NCBI GenBank assembly: GCA_964016885.1
Contig: OZ024741.1
Coordinates: 88,660,001 to 88,724,000 of the forward strand
DNA: 64,000 bases
Source of the DNA: Eledone cirrhosa
Lineage: Eukaryota
Direction of reading: 5' to 3'
The translations under genes were made by a program, and so were the position numbers. Positions 39,755-50,397 of the stretch are shown here, one piece after another (position 1 is the stretch's first letter; every line of letters begins with the position of its first letter). The notes below the pieces were generated by a model, which had not been told where the DNA came from, did no database searches, and saw nothing but the letters and a program-made list of their open reading frames with translations.

Positions 39755-40219
39755 AAGAGGGAGAGAGTGAAGAGTAGAGGTGAAAATGCCTGAGAGAAGC
39801 ACAAAGCATGAAGTGTATACATGCAAACAGAATCTTGTATTCTGAATACAAGGACTGGGGGAAAAAAACTCCAATCAAGTGAAACTATCCTCCCAATTTT
39901 AAGACAGCAATCCTCTTTGTGGGTGTTGAGATAATGAGAAGTAAGCAAAGGAGATAACTGCTGTAGTCTGACCGGACATAAGTGTTTTGGAACAATTGAA
40001 GACAATGTTTTAGTAAATATAAAAGAGGACAACATTTTGATACCATGCTTGATATACAAAAAAGGAAGCAATTCTATACTGTGTACTCAATGTAAAATAT
40101 ATTCAAGAAGTGTAGTGGGATCATTAATTGAGAAGGTAGATTTATTATGTGGCAGATGTATGGGATAGTTGGTACTAAGAGCATCAGTAAAATAAACTTT
40201 TGCCAACCCAAGGAAAGTT

Positions 40220-40500
40220 CCATAGAAGCTCTTGTTACTTAGGTAACCTAATTAACAGTGGAAAAGGTTGCTTTGAATGTGTAGTACTTAGAATAAGAAC
40301 AGAGTGAAAAAAGTACAGTGATCTACTTCCTCTGTTGGCAACATAGGAATTCTCTTTCTTAACAAAGAATATATTGTATGGTGCCTGCGTGAGATGTGTG
40401 ATGTTACATGGCAGTGAGACATGGGCAATGAATGCAAAGGATATGTGAAAATGGAAAAAAAATGAATCAAGCATGCTCCGTTGGGAGAAATACAGGATTC
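40220..40500 (+). mobile_element. Decayed RTE ORF fragment
   Basis: Remnants YLGNLINSGKGC and LYGACVRCVMLHGSETWAM. Confidence 0.7.
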
Positions 40501-41478
40501 TGACTGTTTCATTGGCTAGCTGTAACAAGGAATAAATTACAAGCAAATAAGATTTGACATTTATGAAGAAAACTGATTTAATCAGTGGACATCAAAGGTA
40601 AGTTGATATTAGTGGAACAACAACAACAATGATAATAACAAAGTAACAACAGCAATATCAACAACAACAACAGTAATTATGCTAAAAGTAACAAGTGATA
40701 TAGAACCAAATAGCACTGAGCTTATGGAATGAAATATGAAACTTAAATTTGTTTCGTGTATGTATCTAATGGTTTATTTTCTCTTTAAACTTAGATGAGT
40801 TAATGAAGATGGTGAATGACATCATTGTCAGAATCACTACCATTTTAACTGCCTCAAACATTACCGCCTCTTCCCCAACCACCACCATCATCTGATCACT
40901 ACCAAGAGCATTACTTGTGTGTGTGCAAAAATAATGCCAAAACCAGAAAGTAGAAAAAGCATCTGGGAGGACAACAGCTTGGAATCCATCCCATGCCAGC
41001 ATGGAAAAATGTATGTTAAGGGATGAAAATAATGATTTTATAATCATCATCAGTATCGTTTAATGTCCAGTTTTTCAGCTAGCAAGTGTTGGACAGTACG
41101 TCAGCAAACTGAGTTGGTACACAAAGTTGAAGTATTGTAGACTGAATTCCTACATCTTACGTCCTTTCTTGCACCTTAATGAATACACAGATGGACCAGT
41201 AGCTCACGATTTCCTTCTATATATGATTCCATGTTTGGTTAGGTTTGAAATTCTTAAGACGTAGAAATCCTGAATGCTAAAAACAACTGTAACAGTCGAT
41301 TGCTATAAACAATAGCTTAGAAAATTGGGTAAAGCGTTTTTTATAGTCAGAAAAAAGTGACAAGCAGCTGGTATTAAGAATTGATTTTTCGTATATATAT
41401 ATAGGTATTGAAGTTTCCGTTGGAATTGAAAAAGTCATAGGAGTGAAGAGTGCTCTATGTAAGTACCAGAGCAAAATT

Positions 41479-41562
41479 TAATGTATAATAAACAATACAA
41501 TATAATTACCTCATTACCAGAGGTTTCACGAATAAGACGAATACGAAAGAAACGTCCTCATT
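41479..41562 (-). repeat. Inverted partial copy of 42550-42632 (3' half of hammerhead)
   Basis: About 84 bp with one mismatch (tcacg vs tcccg). It lacks the CUGANGA box. Confidence 0.92.
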
Positions 41563-41630
41563 TGTGGTTACATATACATTCGTATTTGTGGTTACATATA
41601 CATTCGTATTTGTGGTTACATATACACAAA
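41561..41630. repeat. 24-bp tandem repeat, about 2.8 copies
   Basis: tttgtggttacatatacattcgta x2 plus a partial copy. Confidence 0.9.
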
Positions 41631-41714
41631 TATACTTGCCCTCATATATGTACTTACGCACACATTTTCACCATACACACGCATTTGTACATACATATGT
41701 ACATTTGTGAGTGT

Positions 41715-42400
41715 AAGCATAAACGAACTAAGGAAAAAATTAGAGATAAGAGGGATCAGATGTTGTTTACTCGAGAGAAGGCTACGTTGGTATGGACACG
41801 TGATGCGCATGAAAGTCGACAGCTGTATAACAAAGTGCAGGGCAATAAAGATAGACGGTAGTCACGGAATAGGCAGACCTAGAAAAACCTGGGACGAGCT
41901 GATAAACTCCGACATCACACACTTACACCTCTCCAAGACAATGTCACTGGACCGAGACCTTTGGCGGTACTCAGTAACAGAGAAGACCCGCCTTACCTAA
42001 ATATATAGTAAAACCTACTCCAGCCAGTAGGCATCACTAACAAAATACACCCCGTCCCACCACCACCACCCCCACCCCATCCACACCACCCCGTTCTATG
42101 TAAAGTTATGTTGGTGCCGCGCCATCGAGGCCGAAACAAATGAGATCGTGTAGGTGTCACGACAAAAAAACACACAGTCCACGCTGTAATGTGGCCGTGT
42201 AGGCAACACGGTAAAAACCTCCCAGACCCACACTGTAAATGTGGTTGGTGTTAGGAAGGGCATCCAACTGTAGAAAACCTGCCAGACAGTCCTATGCGAG
42301 CAAGACAATCACTCTTGCCTCAAGTGGGACTACCCCCGTCCAAACCCATGCAAGCGTGGAACACGGACGTTAAACGTTGATGATGATGATGATGATGATG
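41715..42400 (+). mobile_element. 5'-truncated RTE subfamily A copy
   Basis: Nearly identical to 49622-50296 (SINELRKKLEIRGIRCC...KTRLT*, 3' UTR, (GAT)n tail). Confidence 0.95.
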
Positions 42401-42529
42401 ACACCTAACTATATTTCCTTATATTTTTTTATATATTTTATATGTCTATTGCATTACCTTTATTTATATATATATATATATTTTTTGCATTTCTTGAGGA
42501 GACTTTCCAAATATTTCACTATGTTTTAT

Positions 42530-42607
42530 ATTGCCTTATCCGACGAACGAATGAGGACGTTTCTTTCGTATTCGTCTTATTCGGGAAACCTCTGGTAATG
42601 AGGTAAT
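42530..42607 (+). ncRNA. Type I hammerhead ribozyme candidate (U4C variant)
   Basis: 10-bp stem I attgccttat/atgaggtaat (2 G-U pairs). CCGACGA at 42540-42546. Stem II cgaatgaggacg/cgtcttattcg. GAAA. Stem III Acc-tct-ggT. GUA triplet ending at 42597. Confidence 0.68.
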
Positions 42608-43009
42608 TATATTGTATTGTTTATTATACATTATATATATATATATATATATATGTAGGAGGTGAGTTTTATTGAAGCACAATAAAGCAACGTTATCTTA
42701 TTATCTTACAACGGTTTTTTGTTTTTTTTCTCTGTGAGACAGTGTTTCTCAGTATTAAAGGTTATCTCTCTCTCACTCATTTTCTCCTCCTCTCTCATCC
42801 TTCCTTCTTATACTCCTCCTCTGTCATCCTTTCCTTATTATTATATTTTTTTCTTCTATCTATATTTCTTCTTCCTCTTCCTTACCTTTTCTTTCCCCCT
42901 TCCTTTCCTTTTTTTTCAATCTCATATATCCATCTTATTTTATTTTTCATATGTAGATTTGACACTTCACTGCTCGCAAGTGTTTTTTAAGCTTCATATC
43001 ATGTCTCCC

Positions 43010-43077
43010 TATTTTATCTGATGAGAACGCAAATATCATCCCATGATGATATTTGTTTTTGAAATGCGCATAAAATA
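43010..43077 (+). ncRNA. Degenerate type I hammerhead candidate
   Basis: tattttat-CTGATGA-g, stem II caaatatcatc/gatgatatttg (11 bp), then t-GAAA-tgcgc-ataaaata. Stem I is 8 bp. The NUH junction is irregular. Confidence 0.55.
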
Positions 43078-43107
43078 CATGGAACTCTTCTAACCATCTT
43101 TTGATTT

Positions 43108-43163
<56 letters not shown>

Positions 43164-43673
43164 CAGTCAATTTGGCAATGGCGTTAGACCATTGTATATT
43201 TGTTCTGGGTCTCTGTACACTAAATTCTAAGGTGCAGGGTTGAATTTAAAGGAAGTGGCTCTCAATTGGAGCCATGCACTAGAGTGATCTACTTTTGGCT
43301 TGTCAAGTTCATATAACATATTCCAATATATATATGTAACACCCAATTACCAACTCCACACATCCACACCTCCTTAGTCTGGCCTTGTTGAGATGAACTT
43401 CTAGTATCCATAAAAAAAGTACCAGCCCAGTCTCTCTCCAGCTGTCATATCTTGGATGTTTTGCTGGGTCAAGGGTGGGAGGGTCAAGTCTGTGTCTGCT
43501 AGGGACAACATAAGCCCATAACACTATTAGGGAAAGGATAGTACATGCTGACACCAAGTAATAATCCATAGTGAGTGACAGCTGCATATATATATATAAT
43601 CTATGTGTATATGTGATATAACGATAGAATGATCTGGGAGAAAAGCATTATTTAGGATTTAATATGAAAACGT

Positions 43674-43712
<39 letters not shown>

Positions 43713-44149
43713 TCCTCCTCACACATAGAGAGTTCTACCTTTATCAAAGATGGTAAATGATTCTAAAGGGTCATATTGTAGCCACCAGTGGATAACAAGT
43801 GATTCGTGTGAAGATTAAGTCGTTAATCAGGCCAAACAATTTAAGTCTAATGAGAATACCCCAATATCAATATCATCCCATAATCATCAAATATTCTTTT
43901 TAAGGACAATGTTTTCATTTTGACATAGCACACACAGTCACATCTCTTGATTCAATGTCAAGTCACCTATATGCCCTAGTATTGAGAGATGCAGGCATAT
44001 TTATATGGATATGGGATGGGTGTAGACAAGGATGCTTTACAACTACATGCTTTCAGTTTCAATCCCAGTGCATGGTACCTTGAGCAAGTGTTTTTTTTAT
44101 CATAACCTTTTGTCAACCAAAGCTTTATGTGTGGCAGCCCACTCATTCA

Positions 44150-44520
44150 GGCCAATTTTCTGCTCTGAAAATAACTTCCTCTCTTCTTCCCACCAGTCTC
44201 AGAAGTTCTCTAAAAAGTCATAGTCATTGACTCTCTAACTATTCCTGGGCTTATTGAATAAAGTCTTTCTCTCTTTTCAGATGAGCTGTGTTTTCTGTTA
44301 CTAATTAGTATTTTGGTATTTGCCATGTTGATCTTTGGGCATTTTGAATCTAGTTCATATTTCCAAGTTTGGAATATTCATTTTTTTCTTTTACAGCTCT
44401 TCTACAAATCCTGTAATAATTAGGTAATCAACAGATAAAAGTTCCAAAGAATACCCAGTTCTGAACTCCCTAAGCATTATAATGAATAGAAAGGAACTAA
44501 GGACAGAGTTTTGATCACAT
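44150..44520 (-). mobile_element. Old RTE RT fragment
   Basis: QNSVLSSFLFIIM..EFRTGYSLELL and FQTWKYELDSKCPKINMANTKILI. Confidence 0.7.
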
Positions 44521-45142
44521 CATTCTTATATAAGATTTAAATTGCTTTTGTGAGCTAACTATTTAATCCCTACTGTTTTTCAATGCTCTAAGCATAGTGT
44601 TAGAACTATTATCATCCAAGAGATTGAAGCTTCTGCAACTGTCCTTTTTCAGCACATCTCCTAATTGAATTACTTTTATTTCCATATTCCTAATGAAAGA
44701 TACTGCCTATAATATTCAAATCATTTTGAAAGTATTCAAGAATTTGGAGGGATTTAGTAATATAACTTACTCATTATTGAGCTGGTGTTTGCAACATAGC
44801 TTAAAAAAATTTCACACACAGAATTATAATGGAATAATTTTAGATAAATATAAAAGCTTTAAATTAAACAGCTTAGTATCATCGAACCAAGGTCAGTTTC
44901 ATGTGATTTAGTATCAGAAGGGTTAAGAACTGCCTTTCTACTAATCCACTAACTCTTTAAACCTACTACTGATGTTTAGTAGCTAAGCACAAAGGGATGT
45001 AACCAAATTCCACAACTGAGTTTGGTACTTTCAAAAAGAGAGTGAGGAAAGCAGCATGTGAAAATGGATACTTTTTCTATTTCTAAATTAACTTACTAAA
45101 ACAACTGAACCTAGCTATTTGCTATGTAATAATATATAATAC

Positions 45143-45285
45143 CTTCTGGGTCACACTGGATCCAAAATACACAGCTCTTCGGATAACGGAGTGGACCACT
45201 GATAGCATCTACCCCAACTGACTTGTGTTGTTCTTTCAGGATTTCACTCATGGGGACTCCATGTTTATCATAGACTTCCAAAGCC
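45143..45285 (-). CDS. TRIT1: tRNA dimethylallyl(isopentenyl)transferase internal exon, 143 bp
   Basis: Minus strand reads tattttgaacag|G GCT TTG GAA...CCA GAA G|gtatta. Encodes (R)ALEVYDKHGVPMSEILKEQHKSVGVDAISGPLRYPKSCVFWIQCDPE, the IPT segment R.L.V...G...S.....Q......GPLR....WL. It splices in frame (G+TG=Val) to the exon at 885-996. Confidence 0.92.
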
Positions 45286-45804
45286 CTGTTCAAAATAAGA
45301 TTTTTTTGTTTTGTCTTATTAAAATAGAAAAGAAAGATATCTTCATTTAAAAAAAATAATAATTTGTATTTTTATGTGTAGCAATGGTTAGGGGAATTAA
45401 AATGAGAACATTATCATTTAGTGGATAAGAAAGGTCACAGAAAAGCTGAAAATAAAAAGTAATATATGTGTGTGACTGTATATCACTCTCTCCCCCCCCC
45501 CCCCTGCCCCCCTCTCTTTCTCTCTCTCTATATATATACCATTTATGTTAGGGTGTTTACCAATTGGGTAGAAATGGTAGTTCTGGTTGGTAAATGATGA
45601 TGCAATAAATTAATTAAAGCATTCAACTCAGGTTGTCTTGTGGGACTAATTCTGCAATTAACATCTGATGCAATCGTCTAAGTCTTGCATCATGATCAGA
45701 TGATAAGACTGGGTCTTCGAAATATGTACAGTGCTTTTGCGGGATTAAAATTTTAAAGTAAATTTCCAGTCCAGCCTTCTGTTGTTTTTAATGTGTGTGT
45801 GTGT

Positions 45805-45844
<40 letters not shown>

Positions 45845-45852
<8 letters not shown>

Positions 45853-46575
45853 TGTTATATTTGGAGATGGTCATGTTGCCAATATAAAGAAACACACGCA
45901 CCATATCATTTTCACTTTATCTTTATTGTTCATCAGTCATTTATTTATCAAAGTTCTTTTGTCATGCATTCTGTAACCTCAATGATTATCTGTTTTGTGC
46001 CTCCTCTTTTCCATGGTCTTAAACTTCTACTTCATCTTGTCTTTGTTTTGTGGTGCATTTTTTGTGTTTCGTATCTGTGCATGCTTTTGCGCCTGGGTCT
46101 GTGTGTGTGTGTATGTATGCATGTGTTTTTGTGTTTTGTCATATCTACATGTGTTTTATGTGTGTATGGGTTTGTATTGTTTACTGTTTTTTTGTATCTT
46201 TATTCTGTCTTCAGTTGCAGGTTGATACTATTCCACTCGTCTTTTCTGTTCAGGCTAGGACTATCTTCTATTATATGAGTGACCTCCAAAATATATTTGA
46301 GTGTTGCATCAGTTCTAAGCCTCAGTTCTATGTTTTCTATTGAGCCCTCATGTTCTAGTCTCCTTTACTACAGGCTATCTCTCCTATGTATGTCATCTTG
46401 TTTCTGTATTATCCCTCTGTACATCTTATCCTATAGACTACATTTCTAGTATTACAGTTTATCTGTGGGCTTATCTTACAGATTATAGAGTTTCTATCAG
46501 TACAGGAGCTTTTTCTAAAGGGCTCAATATTCATTTCAACACATGATTTCACATCAAGAATCTTGCAGAACAAAT
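45845..46575 (-). mobile_element. Penelope-like element 3' part (GIY-YIG)
   Basis: Minus strand INCNTRNVVYRIRCTEG*YRNKMTYIGE and ILEVTHIIEDSPSLNRKDEW at about 46215-46575. The downstream extent is inferred. Confidence 0.72.
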
Positions 46576-46767
46576 ATATATATATATATATATATACATA
46601 TAATTGTTTCTACTTTTGGCACAAGGCCAGCAATTATCCCAGTGTATTACTGGTACTTCATTTTATCGACCCTGTAAGGATAAAATTAAGTACCAGTAAT
46701 ACACTGGGATAATTGCTGGCCTTGTGCCAAAAGTAGAAACAATTATATGTATATATATATATATATA
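46510..46767. repeat. Composite palindrome (PLE fragment + (TA)n + SINE tail), right arm continues at 50297-50363
   Basis: Arm 46510-46667, 11-nt loop 46668-46678, mirror arm 46679-46767 and 50297-50363. About 2 mismatches outside the TA tract. Confidence 0.9.
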
Positions 46768-49700
46768 ACGAGAATGCGAGCACTCCTCATTGTTTCGACC
46801 GCGGACGGCTAACATAACCCCATCGCCCCCCGCCCCCCACCGCCCCCAACCCCCAAACGCAATCCAAAACTTCAGAGTTGGTACCATAAATGTAGGCACC
46901 TTAAAGGGTCGCGCTAACGAGGTTGTAGAAATGCTTGAACGTAAGGAGGTCGATGTTTGTTGTATTCAAGACACCAGATGGAGGGGTGGGTCTGCTAGAT
47001 TCGATGAGGGTAAAAAACGATGTTATAAGCTTTTCTGGGCGGGAAACGACGATGGGCTGGGTGGAGTAGGAATCATGGTAGCAGAAAAGTGGGCAGATAA
47101 GATAATAGACGTAAATAGAGTGAACGACAGAATAATTAAAATAAGACTTGTCCTCAATAGAACTACGGTGACACTAATATCTGCGTACGCACCCCAATCC
47201 GGACTGCCCGGCACTATAAAAGACAGATTCTATGAGACACTGATGCTCACTACCTCCCAAATAACCGACAGTGACTATATAATTATCGCAGGCGACCTAA
47301 ATGGTCACGTTGGACAACATTGTGACGGCTACGACGAAATCCATGGAGGCTATGGGTTTGGTACTAGAAATGAGGAAGGCTCCAGAATCCTGGAATTCTG
47401 TGACGCAAATAACCTAACTATCTGTAACACTAACTTCAAAAAACGTGACAATCACCTGATCACCTATAGATCCGGGGAACACACAAGCCAGGTAGATTAT
47501 ATCCTTACCAGAAGACGTGACAGAGTGTCTGTTGTAAACACTAAACCCCTCCCCCATGAAGAATGCACCTCCCAACATAGACTGATAATTAGCGACCTCA
47601 TAGTCAGGACGAGACGTACTCGACAGCAGAAGAGGACTATCCTCAGGAGAAAAATATGGAAGCTAAAGGACCCCACAGCCAGAAATAAATTTCAAAGCAT
47701 ATTACTTGATGCTTTCGACAGTAAGGAAGAGCATTTAGAGTCGGACAATATAGAGGGACAGTGGGAATTTCTGAAAGCAAACCTGCTGATGGCGACAGAC
47801 GAAGTCTGTGGCTGGAGCAGGCCTGTAGGCAGGAGGAGAGTAACATGGTGGTGGAACAGTAGGGTGGAGGGGTCAATTAAGGCCAAAAAGCAGGCTTGGA
47901 AAGTATGGCGAGATGGGGGAAGTAGAGAAGACTATCAAGTGGCCAGGAGGGAAGCTAGGAGACAAGTGTACTTCGCAAGAAGGGAAGCAGAGGAAAGAAA
48001 GTTCAAGCATGTTCTACAACGCGAGGACCAAAAACGTGAGGTGTTCAGGATTGCTAGGCAATGTGTCAAGGAAAACCGTGATATTGTCGGGGAGAAGTGT
48101 GTACTTAATGATGACGGCGTACTTGCCATCACCGACACTGATAAGAAGGTAGCTTGGAAGTGCCACTATGAAAGGCTACTAAATGAGGAGAATAAATAGG
48201 AGAAAGACAGTCTCCCCCACATCGACCCAATAGAGGGACCAGCAGTACAAGTTGAAGGTAGTATAATAAGTAAGGCAATCAAAGATATGAAGACGGGCAA
48301 GGCGGCTAGGCCTTCGGAAATAGTTGCTGAGATGCTGAAGGCATCTGGCTCGGTGGGACACACCTTGGTCACCCGGATAGTTAACCAAGTCGTACAGAAT
48401 GGGGTTGTTCCGAAGGACTGGCATAGCAGCATCATGGTTAACTGTTATAAGGGTAAAGGAGATGCCCTAGATAGGAGTAACTAAAGAGGCATTAAACTAA
48501 TCGACCAGGTCATGAAGGTCACGGAAAAAGTAATAGCGCAACTAATCAGAGAGAGAATTGACCTAGATGAAATGCAGTTCGGGTTTGTGTCAGGCAAAAG
48601 TACCACAGACGCTCTTTTCATTGTACGTCAACTACAGGAGAAGTACCTAGGTAAAGGTAAACCCCTCTACTTAGCTTTTGTCGACTTGGAGAAAGCCTTC
48701 GACAGAGTCCCCCGTTCCATTATCTGCTGGGCCCTTAGAAAACTAGGTGTCGATGAATGGCTTGTGAGAGCTATACAAGCCATGTATAAAGAAACAGTCA
48801 GCAAGGTTAGAATTAACAACGAATATTGTGAAGAGTTTAGCGTAAAAGTTGGCGTCCATCAGGGCTCTGTTCTCAGCCCCCTACTATTTATTATTGCCCT
48901 TCAGGCTATAACAGATGAGTTCAAGACCGGCTGCCCATGGGAACTCCTATACGCAGACGACCTGACACTCATAGCTGAATCAATGGCCGAGCTAGAGAAG
49001 AAATTCCAAACATGGAAGCACGGCCTAGAATCAAAAGGCCTTAAAATTAACCTGGCTAAGACTAAAGTTCTAGTTTGTAGGAAAGAAAATAAGGCGGCGG
49101 TCCCTTCCGGGAAATGGCCATGCTCAGTGTGTAGGAAAGGCGTAGGTAGAAACTCCATTTTATGTCCCAAATGCAAAGTATGGGTGCATAAAAGATGTAG
49201 TGGGATCACAGGTAAGCTAACTAAGAACATAGATTTTACATGTGGGCGGTGCTCTGGTGCAATAAGTAGCAGCGAGTGCCCACAAAATACTAACTCTTTC
49301 AATTGCGCAGAGGGCTCTATAGAAATAGTGGACAGCTTCCGTTACCTGGGTGACAAAATCAGCAGTGGGGGAGGGTGCTCCGAAAGTACAGTAGCTAGAG
49401 TCAGAACTGGATGGAAAAAGTTCAGAGAGCTTATACCACTATTAGCCGCTAAAGGGTTCTCCCTAAAAATGAAAGGCAGGTTGTATGATGCCTGCATACG
49501 AACAGCAATATTGCATGGCAGTGAGACCTGGGCATTGTGCGCAGAGGATATACGCAGACTAGAGAGGAACGAAGCTTGCATGCTCCGCTGGATGTGTAAT
49601 AGTAATATACGTGAACGGCAAAGCATAAACGAACTAAGGAAAAAATTAGAAATAAGAGGGATCAGATGTTGTTTACTCGAGAGAAAGCTACGTTGGTACG

Positions 49701-50296
49701 GACACGTGATGCGCATGAAAGTCGATAGCTGTATAACAAAGTGCAGGGCAATAAAGATAGACGGTAGCCACGGAATAGGCAGACCTAGAAAATCCTGGGA
49801 CGAGCTGATAAACTCTGACCTCACACACTTACACCTCTCCAAGACAATGTCACTGGACCGAGACCTTTGGCGGTACTCAGTAATAGAGAAGACCCGCCTT
49901 ACCTAAATACATAGTAAAACCTACTACAGCCAGTAGGCATCTCTAACAAAATACACCCCCGTCCCACCACCCACACCCCTATCCACACCACCTCCTCCTA
50001 TGTAAAGTTATGTTGGTGCCAGAACATCCAGGCCGAAACAAATGAGATCGTGTAGGTGTCACGACAAAAAAACACACAGTCCACGCTGTAATGTGGCCGT
50101 GTAGGCAACACGGTAAAAACCTCCCAGTCCCACACTGTAAATGTGGTTGGTGTTAGGAAGGGCATCCAACTGTAGAAAACCTGCCAGACAGTCCTATGCG
50201 AGCAAGACAATCACTCTTGCCTCAAGTGGGAATACCCCCGTCCAAACCCATGCAAGCGTGGAACACGGACGTTAAACGTTGATGATGATGATGATG
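46768..50296 (+). mobile_element. Nearly intact RTE LINE (subfamily A): APE-RT with embedded PHD finger
   Basis: One reading frame 46790-49906, interrupted only by TAG (48197-48199, Trp in sister copies) and TAA (48482-48484, Tyr in sisters). YADD intact. 3' UTR with tandem repeats and (GAT)n tail. Slightly 5'-truncated relative to the minus copy. Confidence 0.96.
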
Positions 50297-50397
50297 ATAT
50301 TTGTTCTGCAAGATTCTTGATGTGAAATCATGTGTTGAAACGAATATTGAGCCCTTTAGAAAAAATATATATACATATAATGATAATATACAAGAAA

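Larger units (their letters stand above)
997..45142 (-). other. TRIT1: 44,146-bp GT-AG intron of TRIT1
   Basis: Bounded by the two exons, whose peptides are contiguous in homologous proteins. No intervening exon recognised. Confidence 0.85.

Noticed and set aside
41230-41390. Possible mariner transposase trace (TVTVDCYKQ*LRKL)
   Set aside because: Too short and decayed, with no TIRs found.
41561-41630. Repeat array superficially CRISPR-like
   Set aside because: Direct tandem units without spacers, in eukaryotic DNA.
45690-45740. cagatga-aagac/gtctt-gaaa-tatgta hammerhead relic
   Set aside because: Core U4A, mismatched closing pair and no convincing stem I. Mentioned only as weak support.
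45895-45945. Minus-strand CTGATGA...GAAA in the PLE 3' region
   Set aside because: Only a 2-bp stem II and no stem I.
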